Of a stretch of 64,000 nt of DNA, positions 30,928 through 40,759 are shown in pieces. Under the pieces are notes generated by a model that was not told where the DNA came from, made no database searches, and was given only the letters and a program-made list of their open reading frames with translations. The stretch's first letter is position 1. Each line of letters opens with the position of its first letter. The position numbers and the translations under genes were made by a program. Source of the stretch: Chitinophaga pinensis (GTDB lineage: Bacteria; Bacteroidota; Bacteroidia; NS11-12g; UBA955); the NCBI GenBank assembly GCA_945865625.1, contig CAMBFD010000001.1:34559-98558 (forward strand), read 5' to 3'.

Positions 30928-31868
30928 TGTTAAAAGAATCACTCTACTACGCCAAAATTTTACTATTTGGTGAATATGGAATTATCGAAGACTCAATGGG
31001 CCTAAGTATTCCATATACCTTTTTCAAAGGAAAGTTTGAGTTTGCAACAGAACCTACAGCTGTTCAATCTGATTCAAATCAAAGCATTGCCAAATTTGTT
31101 GGTCATTTGCAGGAAATGGCACTCAAAAATGAACTTCCTTGTAAGTTTAACTTTGTTAAATTAAATCAAGACATTCAAAATGGATTGTATTTCGATAGCA
31201 GTATTCCTCAAGGATTTGGGGTTGGGAGCTCTGGTGCTCTTGTTGCAGCGTTATACAATCAATATTCTACTGATCAAGTTGCTGCCGATGAAGTCATGAA
31301 AGGCGATAATTTGGCCAATTTAAAATTCATTCTTGCGAGTTTAGAATCATATTTTCACGGAAAAAGTTCTGGCTTAGATCCGCTTATTTGCTATTTGAAT
31401 TTGCCAATTCTAATCAAAGGGAAAGGCGATTTAGGTGCAGTTGGAATGCCGTCTGAAAATGTTTCAGGTAAAGGAGCTATCTTTTTAATGGATTCTGGAA
31501 GTCCCGGAAAAACGCAAGGTATGGTGGCCATATTCTTGCAGAAATTAAAAGATGAAGGGTTCAGAAATTTAGTAAGAACTCAATTAAAAAAATACAATGA
31601 TGGGGCCGTTAAATCTTTCTTGAAAGGCGAAAACAAACCATTATTTGAAAATGTAAAAGCAATTTCTTCTTTGTTTTTAGATAACTTTAAACCTATGATT
31701 CCTCAAAAATTTGAAGGTGTTTGGCGCAAAGGGTTAGAAACCAATGCCTATTATTTGAAACTTTGCGGAAGTGGTGGTGGTGGCTTTGTGTTAGGCTTTA
31801 CTCAAGACTTTGAAAAAGCAGAAAAAATGCTCGAAAGTCACAAATTACAGGTTATCTATAAGATTTAA
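30927..31868 (+). CDS. mvk: mevalonate kinase
   Basis: AKILLFGEY, IPQGFGVGSSGA, FHGKSSGLD, KLCGSGGGG. Confidence 0.88.
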   Translation: MLKESLYYAKILLFGEYGIIEDSMGLSIPYTFFKGKFEFATEPTAVQSDSNQSIAKFVGHLQEMALKNELPCKFNFVKLNQDIQNGLYFDSSIPQGFGVGSSGALVAALYNQYSTDQVAADEVMKGDNLANLKFILASLESYFHGKSSGLDPLICYLNLPILIKGKGDLGAVGMPSENVSGKGAIFLMDSGSPGKTQGMVAIFLQKLKDEGFRNLVRTQLKKYNDGAVKSFLKGENKPLFENVKAISSLFLDNFKPMIPQKFEGVWRKGLETNAYYLKLCGSGGGGFVLGFTQDFEKAEKMLESHKLQVIYKI

Positions 31869-31869
31869 T

Positions 31870-32781
31870 ATGCCCTTATCTGGCAATCAAAAAATAATCA
31901 AATTTCTTTATTTTTTAAGTATCATTCGATGGTACAACGTTCTTCTCATGGTTTTGGGACAATATTTCTTGGCACTTTTTGTTTTTGCCCCTGATTATTC
32001 TTTCCATCAAATTGTTTTTGATAAAAAATTGCATCTCATGGTTTTATCAACCATTTTTACCCTCGCAGGAGCTTTTGTGATCAATGCATTTTATGACGCA
32101 GATAAAGATTTGGTCAACAGACCAAAATCTGCGCTTGTAGGTCGGGCAATTGGGTCAACCTTTTTGGCGAACTCCTATATTGTATTTAATTTCTTAGCGT
32201 TGTTTTTTGCATTTTTTGCAACTAAAAAAATTCTTATTTTCTACTTTTTATACATCGTAATTTGTTGGTTCTATTCTCATAAATTGCAAAAGAAACCCAT
32301 TATTAGGGAACTATCTGCCAGTCTATTAACGATGGCGCCGCTCATTGCAATTTGGATTCATTATGGCGTTTGGGATTGGAAATTGATGTATTTCTTTTGC
32401 ACTTTTTTGACCCTATTATTTACCAAAGATGTGGTGAAAGATTTAGCAGGTCATAAAGGGAATTTGATTTTTGGCTATAATACCGTTGTTGTGGCTGCTG
32501 GTAAATCGAAGGTTAAAATAGGCTTGGTTTTATTTAATATGGCTATTTTCTTGATCTTTGTTGGAATCTATTTGATACAAAAAGAGCATTTTTATAATAA
32601 TATTGATTTAATCATAGGCTCTTCTTTCACTTTAATAGCTACAATTTTGATTACGGCAATTGGTTTATCATCATGGAAGAATAAATATAAACGGATGGAT
32701 TTTATGCTTAAGTTTTTAATCACTTACCAATTGACTTTGCCTTTATTTACTTTCATCTTGAAATTTATTGCAAAGAGTTAG
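31870..32781 (+). CDS. UbiA-superfamily membrane prenyltransferase (DGGGP synthase-like annotation class)
   Basis: IRWYN, INAFYDADKDLVNRP first Asp-rich motif, YSHKLQK, KDVVKDL second motif, many TM helices. ATG 31870 sits just after the mvk stop. Confidence 0.8.
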   Translation: MPLSGNQKIIKFLYFLSIIRWYNVLLMVLGQYFLALFVFAPDYSFHQIVFDKKLHLMVLSTIFTLAGAFVINAFYDADKDLVNRPKSALVGRAIGSTFLANSYIVFNFLALFFAFFATKKILIFYFLYIVICWFYSHKLQKKPIIRELSASLLTMAPLIAIWIHYGVWDWKLMYFFCTFLTLLFTKDVVKDLAGHKGNLIFGYNTVVVAAGKSKVKIGLVLFNMAIFLIFVGIYLIQKEHFYNNIDLIIGSSFTLIATILITAIGLSSWKNKYKRMDFMLKFLITYQLTLPLFTFILKFIAKS

Positions 32782-32849
32782 TCTAATAACTTCTCCACTT
32801 TTTTAAATTGCGTATTCCCTTTTTAAATCCTTTGATGTAAATTCGAAGG

Positions 32850-33260
32850 ATGAGATTCTTTAAATTTGGAATTTATTTATTTGTCTTTTTGTTTTGCCAA
32901 ACAGCATCCGCTCAGTCGGTTTCAGATTTAAATGCGAAAATTGCAACACTGGATACCAAAATTATTGTTTTGGAAACCAAAATTGCAATGTTGGAAGAAA
33001 ATAACCGGAATTTGAACCAGCGCATCGATAACATGTTATTCAATCTAAAAAATAACAACTCAAATTCAATCAATAATACGGTTCCTTCTTCGAGTAATAT
33101 AAACAATAATTCGGCAGTAAGTCAACCCGTTACGCCTTCAGTGAATTCAACAAAACCTTCATCCTCCGGTGGTCGCTGTGGCGCTACAACAAAAAAAGGT
33201 TCTCAATGTTCACGTTCAGCAAAATCAAATGGGTATTGCTGGCAACATGGTGGTTATTAA
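32850..33260 (+). CDS. secreted protein: coiled coil, N/S-rich linker, C-terminal Cx9Cx9Cx2H module (DUF5763-like)
   Basis: Signal peptide ending ASA; CGATTKKGSQCSRSAKSNGYCWQH. Confidence 0.65.
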   Translation: MRFFKFGIYLFVFLFCQTASAQSVSDLNAKIATLDTKIIVLETKIAMLEENNRNLNQRIDNMLFNLKNNNSNSINNTVPSSSNINNNSAVSQPVTPSVNSTKPSSSGGRCGATTKKGSQCSRSAKSNGYCWQHGGY

Positions 33261-33272
33261 TTGATTTGACTC

Positions 33273-35732
33273 GTGTCTGTGGATCGCATTACCCTGTTTG
33301 TTAAGGTAATTTTACCAATACCATTGCCTAAATTATATACCTATCGTGTGCCCCACGAGTGGGAAGATTTAATTCGTATTGGATTGAGAGTTGCTGTCCC
33401 ATTCGGTTCTAAAAAGGTCTACTCAGGCATTATTTACGAACTGTCTGAATTGCCGCCTGAAGGTTATCAAGCCAGTTATATTATCGATATTCTCGACGAA
33501 AAACCAATTGTTTCGCCAAATCAAATTTTATTTTGGGAATGGATGTCGGCCTATTATTTGTGCTTCTTGGGGGATGTTTTAGCAACAGCTTTACCTGCAG
33601 GCTTTCGTGTACAATCGCTTACTAAAATTTCATTACATCCCGATTTCGACCCCGATGAACTTGTTGAATTGGATCCTAAAGAAAATGAAATCCTGTCAAT
33701 GCTATTGACCACCAAGTCTATTACAGTTGAACAGGTTCAAGCGTCCCTCAAAATAAAATCAGTTTTAAAATACATTAAATCGATGTATGTAAAAGGGTTG
33801 ATTTCAATGGAAGAGGAGCTGCGCGAAAACTATAAACCTAAATTTATTGAAATTGTTGAATGTTCCGATTTTTGGGACAATGAATACGAAGCAAATTTGG
33901 CTTTAAATACATTGGAGCGACAATCTGAAAAACAATTTCAAGCCATGATGATGGTGCTTGGTTCACCACAACGTAAATCAGATGTTAAAAAAATTACCGC
34001 CTCAAAGGTGGTTACAAAACCAATTTTAAAAGCCCTAGAAAAGAAAGGCTATTTAAAAATTGTAAAACAACGAGAAGATCGTTTTCAAGCCATTCAGGGG
34101 GAAGGTGAAGATGTTGCCTTTACGCCATCTCAAGAAATCGCGGTTGCTGCCATTCAGTTTGCTTTTGAAAATCATAAACATGTATTGCTTCATGGAGTTA
34201 CAGGTTCAGGTAAAACCCATGTGTATTTGCATTTCGCTGCTGAATCCCTCAAAAAGGGAAAACAAGTGTTGTTTTTGGTACCAGAAGTTGCATTAACTGA
34301 ACATTTAGTTTCACGAGTGGCCCAATTAATTTCTGAAGAAATAGGTGTGTGGCATCATTATTATAGTACTTCAGAACGGACTGAACTCTATGAAAAAGTT
34401 CGTTTGAGGGAAATCAATTTTATCATAGGAACCAGAAATGCCCTATTCGCACCATTTGCCGAACTCGATTTAATAATCATTGATGAGGAACATGAAAGTA
34501 GCTATAAGCAATTTGAAAAACGACCTATGTTTCATGCCCGTGATGCTTCTTTTCAATTGGCAAAAATTTCTGGGGCTAAACTTTTAATGGGCTCAGCCAC
34601 TCCAAGTTATGAAATGTTGCAATTGTCAAACGACAATACAATTGAAAGGGTAAATCTTTTTGAACGGTTCGAACAACAACAGTTTGCAGAATTGATGATG
34701 CTTAATTTGAGTGAGTTAAAAAAGCAAAATCGAATGCAAGGTTTCTTTTCGGATCATGCAATTGAAGAAATTAAGTTAAAAGTAAAGAACCGCGATAAAA
34801 TAATTGTTTATCACAATCGTAAAGGGTACGCACCTTTTATTCAATGTTCTTTGTGTGGACACACCACTCAGTGTATTCAATGTGATATTGCACTTACTTT
34901 CTACAAAAGTTCGAACCAACAACGTTGCAATTATTGTGGGTATCAGCAAAATATTCCTAAATCTTGTTTGGCTTGCGGTGGAAATGAACTTCTGCTGAAA
35001 GGTGTTGGAACTGAAAAGATTGTTGAAGAGCTGAACATTGTATTTCCCGAATTAAGAATTGCAAGGTTTGACCAACAAAGCATTAAAAAACGTTCTGATT
35101 TTCAAAAAATACTCAATGCGTTTGACGCTGGGGAAATTGATATTTTAGTAGGAACACAATTGCTTGCAAAAGGCATTGATTTTGAAGATGTTGCATTGAT
35201 AGTAGTGCCCGATGCCGATGTTATGTTGAATATACCTGATTTTAGGTCGCATGAGCGTGCATTTCAGCAATTGTATCAGCTTTCTGGCAGAGCAGGAAGA
35301 GGCAAAAATCGTGGTTTGGTGATGGTCCAAAGTTATCAACCTTCCCATCTTGTATTGGAAGCGGTAAAAACAGAGAGCTATTTAGAATTGGCTGAAAGTG
35401 AACTCGCAGAAAGAAAAACATTTGGTTATCCTCCGTTTACCAGATTGGTTGAAATTTCTTTGAAACACAAAGACCAGCAAACTGTATTTTCTGCCGCTGC
35501 TTATTTTAACAACATCATTCGTACGAGATTGTCAGATAGATTGTTGGGGCCATTAACTCCTTCCGTTGCCAAAGTTAAAAATATGTACATCCAGCATTTT
35601 TTGTTAAAAATGGATCGCCAAAAAGACAATATCCCTAAAATAAAAGAATATCTTCTTTGGGCACAAAATCAACTTCAAACAGCTGAGGGATTTTCAGGCG
35701 TTCGCATTGATTTTGATGTAGACCCGAATTAA
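33273..35732 (+). CDS. priA: primosomal protein N' (replication restart helicase)
   Basis: GVTGSGKT, LVPEVAL, DEEHE, GSATPS, four CxxC pairs, GRAGR, DVDP. Confidence 0.96.
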   Translation: MSVDRITLFVKVILPIPLPKLYTYRVPHEWEDLIRIGLRVAVPFGSKKVYSGIIYELSELPPEGYQASYIIDILDEKPIVSPNQILFWEWMSAYYLCFLGDVLATALPAGFRVQSLTKISLHPDFDPDELVELDPKENEILSMLLTTKSITVEQVQASLKIKSVLKYIKSMYVKGLISMEEELRENYKPKFIEIVECSDFWDNEYEANLALNTLERQSEKQFQAMMMVLGSPQRKSDVKKITASKVVTKPILKALEKKGYLKIVKQREDRFQAIQGEGEDVAFTPSQEIAVAAIQFAFENHKHVLLHGVTGSGKTHVYLHFAAESLKKGKQVLFLVPEVALTEHLVSRVAQLISEEIGVWHHYYSTSERTELYEKVRLREINFIIGTRNALFAPFAELDLIIIDEEHESSYKQFEKRPMFHARDASFQLAKISGAKLLMGSATPSYEMLQLSNDNTIERVNLFERFEQQQFAELMMLNLSELKKQNRMQGFFSDHAIEEIKLKVKNRDKIIVYHNRKGYAPFIQCSLCGHTTQCIQCDIALTFYKSSNQQRCNYCGYQQNIPKSCLACGGNELLLKGVGTEKIVEELNIVFPELRIARFDQQSIKKRSDFQKILNAFDAGEIDILVGTQLLAKGIDFEDVALIVVPDADVMLNIPDFRSHERAFQQLYQLSGRAGRGKNRGLVMVQSYQPSHLVLEAVKTESYLELAESELAERKTFGYPPFTRLVEISLKHKDQQTVFSAAAYFNNIIRTRLSDRLLGPLTPSVAKVKNMYIQHFLLKMDRQKDNIPKIKEYLLWAQNQLQTAEGFSGVRIDFDVDPN

Positions 35733-35812
35733 TTCCTTTAAATTGGGTTGCATGACTTTGGTTTTTACCTTGTCTATTTTTTAAGTTCCTTTTTTTGGAT
35801 TAAATTTGAATC

Positions 35813-36937
35813 ATGGAATTGGAAACTTTAGAATCTACCACCACTATAACAGATTTTTTACCATTAAATGGTACCGATCATATCGAATTTTACGTAGGGA
35901 ATGCAAAACAAAGTGCTTATTACTATCAAACTGCTTGGGGATACAAATTTGTAGCTTACAGCGGTCCTGAAACAGGGGTTCGCGATAAAGCAAGTTATGT
36001 TTTAGAACAAGGTAAAATTCGTTTGGTTTTAACCACCGCAATTGATTCAAATTCTGACATTGCAGACCACCATAAAAAACATGGTGATGGTGTTAAATTT
36101 CTTAGTTTATGGGTTGATGATGCTACAAAAAGTTTCGAAGAAACAGTAAAACGTGGTGCAAAACCTTACATGGAGCCAACGCGTTTCGAAGACGAGCATG
36201 GGTTTGTAATCATTTCTGCAATTCACACTTACGGTGATACCATTCATAAATTTGTTGAAAGATCGAACTATAATGGATTGTTTTTACCAGGATTTATCAA
36301 GCCTGCTTTTGCCATGGATGTAACTCCAGTTGGTTTGAAATATGTTGACCATTGTGTTGGAAACGTTGAATTAGGCCAAATGAACGAGTGGGTTAAATTC
36401 TATGAAGATGTAATGGGCTTTAAATTGTTGTTGACTTTTGACGATAAAGACATTAGCACTGAGTATAGCGCACTCATGAGTAAAGTCGTGAGCAATGGCA
36501 ATGGCTATGTAAAATTCCCAATTAACGAGCCTGCTGCTGGTAAAAAGAAATCTCAAATTGAAGAATATATTGAATTTTACCATGGTGCAGGTGTTCAGCA
36601 CATTGCCGTTGAAGTTCATGATATCCTTGAAACCGTTGCAGAATTGCGTCGCAGAGGTATAGAGTTTTTATATGTGCCAGATGAATATTATGAAGATGTG
36701 ATAGATCGTGTTGGACATATTAATGAAGACATGCAAGCTTTGAAAAAGTTGAATATTTTAATAGACCGCGACGAAGAAGGTTATTTGTTGCAAATTTTTA
36801 CCAAGCCAGTTGAAGATAGACCAACTGTATTCTATGAAATCATTCAACGTCATGGTGCTAAGAGTTTTGGCAAAGGGAATTTCAAAGCGTTGTTCGAATC
36901 AATTGAAAGAGAACAAGCAAAAAGAGGAAATTTGTAA
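35813..36937 (+). CDS. hppD: 4-hydroxyphenylpyruvate dioxygenase
   Basis: DHCVGNV, FPINEP, QIEEY, GVQHIA, LLQIFT, FGKGNFKALFESIE. Confidence 0.96.
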   Translation: MELETLESTTTITDFLPLNGTDHIEFYVGNAKQSAYYYQTAWGYKFVAYSGPETGVRDKASYVLEQGKIRLVLTTAIDSNSDIADHHKKHGDGVKFLSLWVDDATKSFEETVKRGAKPYMEPTRFEDEHGFVIISAIHTYGDTIHKFVERSNYNGLFLPGFIKPAFAMDVTPVGLKYVDHCVGNVELGQMNEWVKFYEDVMGFKLLLTFDDKDISTEYSALMSKVVSNGNGYVKFPINEPAAGKKKSQIEEYIEFYHGAGVQHIAVEVHDILETVAELRRRGIEFLYVPDEYYEDVIDRVGHINEDMQALKKLNILIDRDEEGYLLQIFTKPVEDRPTVFYEIIQRHGAKSFGKGNFKALFESIEREQAKRGNL

Positions 36938-38074
36938 TTAAATAATTCTACTTTGGATGAATAAAATACCCATTGGGTAAGAAAGTAAAACAAAGAGTAG
37001 AATCACCAAAACACTCAATTTCCAATTCACTTTTTGTGATAAATAAATCCAAATAGGTGCCAATACAATTGAATTTCTAAAAATTGCAGTGATGGCACTG
37101 GTACTGTAAGGTACCGCTAAAAATAGAAACGTAAACATCAAATAGAAGATCCAATTGGGTCTTCTATTTTTCTTGATGGACATATACACGCAACTCGAAA
37201 GAACCAGAATCCATAAAAAGAAGTTCTGAATTTCATTCCACATATCCATTGTGCCCCAATGCTGGAGCAAGTCTTTGTAACGAGTAGCCATGTGTTTCCA
37301 TGGCATGTTAAAGTTATGTCCGTATTTAAATTGAATGAGGAAAAGAGCATTCCAATGGCCTGTGGTTATATAATCATAAACAAACCAAGTTAAAATGCCT
37401 GCAATCGATGCCAAAAACAAGAACAACTTTCTATAATTGATTTTCCGCTTTTCAATGTAGAAAAAGTCGTGCAGAAACCATATTCCGATACAAAGTATGA
37501 GAATAAATCCTATACTGTATGTGAGCACAGCGAAATATGCAATTAATCCAGCCAAAATAAATTGCGATTTATCCAAAAAATAAAATAAAAGGATCAATAA
37601 GAAAACGAGCATCGACATCGGAAAAATGGCATGTAAGTATATGTTTCCAGATGCAAAAATATATGCCAGATTTGCCAATAGATATTGGTGCCACTTTAAA
37701 TTTGGCAACCAAAGTCCGATCATGAAAATCGATGCAAAAACAAAGAAATGACTGAGATAAATGCCAATCATTGCCATTTCAATGCCAGGAAAGATAAAAT
37801 GCAGAAATCTCATTAAAAAAGGGTAGACTGGAGCCCAACCGGCATTGCCACACCAACTTTCTGGGTAATCTGGACAATGGAATAAATTATGTCCGTTTTG
37901 AGCCACATCTAGGTAAAGAGCACTATCCCAACGACTCCAACATTCTGAGGTGAAACCACCCCAACAATTGCCAGCTTCTGAAATGTATTTTCCAAATAAA
38001 ATAAAAATGGCAAAGGATAGAAGTCCAATGCCAATTTTAATCAAAATAGTTTTATTTATTTGTATTGTGCCCAT
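36938..38074 (-). CDS. polytopic GT-C fold glycosyltransferase (PIG-V/mannosyltransferase-like)
   Basis: RWDS..Y..VAQNG and AGWAPVYP first-loop motifs; about 10 TM segments. Confidence 0.6.
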   Translation of the reverse strand: MGTIQINKTILIKIGIGLLSFAIFILFGKYISEAGNCWGGFTSECWSRWDSALYLDVAQNGHNLFHCPDYPESWCGNAGWAPVYPFLMRFLHFIFPGIEMAMIGIYLSHFFVFASIFMIGLWLPNLKWHQYLLANLAYIFASGNIYLHAIFPMSMLVFLLILLFYFLDKSQFILAGLIAYFAVLTYSIGFILILCIGIWFLHDFFYIEKRKINYRKLFLFLASIAGILTWFVYDYITTGHWNALFLIQFKYGHNFNMPWKHMATRYKDLLQHWGTMDMWNEIQNFFLWILVLSSCVYMSIKKNRRPNWIFYLMFTFLFLAVPYSTSAITAIFRNSIVLAPIWIYLSQKVNWKLSVLVILLFVLLSYPMGILFIQSRII

Positions 38075-39750
38075 TTTTCGTGCACGAATTCCATTAATTG
38101 TTTGATATAATCAGATGAAAATTCAAATTTCACACCTGCATTTTCATAAATATTTGGAATTGATTGGGTATAACCCAGTTTTAAGAATGATTTATAACTT
38201 TCCAAGGCCTTAATTTTATCTTGGTTGTAATTTTTCCAAATTCCAATTGCTCCTAACTGAGCAAAGCCGTATTCAATGTAATAAAATGGCACTTCGAAAA
38301 TATGCAACTGCTTATGCCAAGCAAAGGCTTTCGCATCTTCGAATCCTGTATAATCAACCAATCCACTTGAAAAACGAGCCTGTTGAAATATCCAAGCAGC
38401 TTTTCTTTCTTCTTGTGTATGGTTTGGGTTTTCGTAAATCCAATGCTGAAAGGCGTCAACAGTTGCAATCCAAGGCAATGTGCCAAGAATTCCTTCAAGT
38501 TGTTCGCATTTCGCACGGTTTAACAAAGTGTCATCGTTAAAATAGTTTTTCCAACCGTCCATGCTCAACAATTCCATACTCATAGAGGCCAATTCAGCCA
38601 CTTCACTTGGAGTGTTTTTGAAAGCATTTAACTTCAAAGGAGCCATCTGGAAACTATGAATTGCATGACCTGCTTCGTGAACCAAGGTTTCTACATCCCT
38701 CAAATTCCCTGTAGCATTCATGAAAATAAACGGCATGTTGGTTTTTGCCAATGGATAATTATACCCGCCTGGCGCTTTTCCAACCCTGCTATCTAAATCT
38801 AACAACGATTTTTCTTTCATTGTTGTAAGGCAATTTCCGAAGAATGAATCAAGTTGATTTAATGCAGCAATCCCTTTGTCCAGCAATTCAACCCCATTTG
38901 TGAATGGTTTTAAAGGCTCTCTATTTAATGGATCAACCGCAGTGTCCCATGGTTTCAATTTGTCGATTTTCATTAATTCCAAACGACGAATTTGAATTTC
39001 TTTCAGTAATGGCACTACATGGTGTTCAACTGATTCGTGGAATTTCTTACAATCATCTACGGAATAGTCGAAACGGCCCATCGCCGCAAACATATAATCT
39101 CTGTAGTTGTTGAATCCAGCATTTACAGCAACTTGATGTCGTTTGGCAACCATTTTATCAAACAAATCTTCAAGTTTTTGAGCATCTTGTTGTCGGCGCT
39201 GATTCATTAATTTCCAGGCATTTTCTCTCACTTCTCTATCTGTCTCCATTAAGAAATTCGAAGCTTTTTGCATGGTCATTGTTTCGCCATTCCAATCAAT
39301 TGTCATGGCACCTTGAATGGAAGAATATTCTTGAGCCAATGTGTTTAAATCGGCCTGAAGAGGAATGTTTTCTTCTCTGAAAAGGTCAACTGCGCTTTTG
39401 AGTGCTCTGAAATAGATGTGATATTCAGGAGCAGATTCTAGATCGCTTTTGAACTGACAATCTACAATTTTTTGATTCAGTTTATCTTCAAAAGGAGCAA
39501 TCTTGGGTTGAATTTCTTGCACGAATTGCAAATAAGCTTTTTCAAAATCTTCATTTTGAGTGTCGCAGGTCATATGAATGTAGCGCCAAGCCATGTCTTC
39601 CGACAAAAAGCTTTCAAGCTCACTTACATCGATTAAAAAATTTTCAAATTCGCTGGTCGAATGAATTGTTCTATCGAGAAGTTTTTGAAATAAAATTTCT
39701 ACATCAGCAGGTTGCTGAATTGTAAAATCAGTGGGGATAAATACAGCCAT
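38056..39750 (-). CDS. pepF: M3 family oligoendopeptidase F
   Basis: GKAPGGY, HEAGHAIH zinc motif, EVAELASMSME, HIFEVPFYYIEY. Confidence 0.9.
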   Translation of the reverse strand: MAVFIPTDFTIQQPADVEILFQKLLDRTIHSTSEFENFLIDVSELESFLSEDMAWRYIHMTCDTQNEDFEKAYLQFVQEIQPKIAPFEDKLNQKIVDCQFKSDLESAPEYHIYFRALKSAVDLFREENIPLQADLNTLAQEYSSIQGAMTIDWNGETMTMQKASNFLMETDREVRENAWKLMNQRRQQDAQKLEDLFDKMVAKRHQVAVNAGFNNYRDYMFAAMGRFDYSVDDCKKFHESVEHHVVPLLKEIQIRRLELMKIDKLKPWDTAVDPLNREPLKPFTNGVELLDKGIAALNQLDSFFGNCLTTMKEKSLLDLDSRVGKAPGGYNYPLAKTNMPFIFMNATGNLRDVETLVHEAGHAIHSFQMAPLKLNAFKNTPSEVAELASMSMELLSMDGWKNYFNDDTLLNRAKCEQLEGILGTLPWIATVDAFQHWIYENPNHTQEERKAAWIFQQARFSSGLVDYTGFEDAKAFAWHKQLHIFEVPFYYIEYGFAQLGAIGIWKNYNQDKIKALESYKSFLKLGYTQSIPNIYENAGVKFEFSSDYIKQLMEFVHEKWAQYK

Positions 39751-39765
39751 ATTTGGGGGGCTTAA

Positions 39766-40314
39766 TTAGCTACCCATTTTACGTGGTGTAGTGGCTTTCA
39801 CTTTTACACCAGCTGCAGTTTTGGTAGGGGTTTTTGTTTTCGCAGCGACAACTTTTGGTTTGTCGGTGCTTTTTGCTTTTGAAACTTCTTTACCTTCAGT
39901 AGCGTCTTCGGTTTCATCTATTTTGTTTAAAGAATCAAAATCTAAAGAACCTTTTAACATATGATACCAAACGAACAATTTTTTCATGTCGTTAGGATAA
40001 ACCTTTTCTCTATCGTAGTCAGGCAATACTTTTGACATAAATGCCTTAGTTTCGTCGTTATCTGATTTAGATGTAGGGATAGAAGTTCCATCATCTTCAA
40101 GCTTTTTTACTTTCAATAAAACTTCAGCCAATCTTACTTCGCCCTCGTCTGTAAACATTGAAATATCAGCTAAAACACTTACACGTTGGCGTGCGTTGGT
40201 TGCAAATTTTTTATTGTCTGTTAAAGATTCTAAAATTAAGCCAGATTTATTTTGTCCAATCACTTTGTGAAGACCTGGCATTCCAGTTACAGAAACTACA
40301 TCTTTTAATTCCAT
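39766..40314 (-). CDS. conserved Bacteroidota protein (DUF5606-like) with Lys/Ala-rich tail
   Basis: SVTGMPGL, LADISMFT, LPDYDREKVY..DMKKLFVWY. Confidence 0.7.
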   Translation of the reverse strand: MELKDVVSVTGMPGLHKVIGQNKSGLILESLTDNKKFATNARQRVSVLADISMFTDEGEVRLAEVLLKVKKLEDDGTSIPTSKSDNDETKAFMSKVLPDYDREKVYPNDMKKLFVWYHMLKGSLDFDSLNKIDETEDATEGKEVSKAKSTDKPKVVAAKTKTPTKTAAGVKVKATTPRKMGS

Positions 40315-40417
40315 AGATGGCAAATTTCAGTAAATGACCCTAAAATACCAAGTTTTTAAGGGCGATTTGCAGTTTTAATGGAAAATAAATCAATTATTTT
40401 TTGCACAACCGAATAAT

Positions 40418-40759
40418 TCATGAGTATAACAATCGATTCTTAACTTTTTGAAATTCTCTCAAAATAACAGCTTTAGCCATATTTAACGGGGTACTTCCGC
40501 CCATTTTTTGAACGAATTTGTATTGCTTTTCTGTTAAATCTACTCGGTATACAATTTTCATCCACTTTGAATGATTTTGCTGTTGCAACTGCTCAATTGC
40601 CAATTCTAACTCCGGAATAAGCATTTCAATTTTCGGGTATGGTGCATTTTTGAACTCAAAAGATGCCATTCCAAAATCTTTTTCAATTTGGTCAATCACC
40701 TTTTGAATGATTTTTTCTTCAGGTTCTTGAAAGATAAGATTTACCTCTGGATCAATCAT
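40418..40759 (-). CDS. conserved hypothetical protein
   Basis: QIEKDF..YRVDL.E..ILREFQKV..R pattern. The start at 40759 overlaps the upstream gene's stop (ATGA). Confidence 0.65.
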   Translation of the reverse strand: MIDPEVNLIFQEPEEKIIQKVIDQIEKDFGMASFEFKNAPYPKIEMLIPELELAIEQLQQQNHSKWMKIVYRVDLTEKQYKFVQKMGGSTPLNMAKAVILREFQKVKNRLLYS

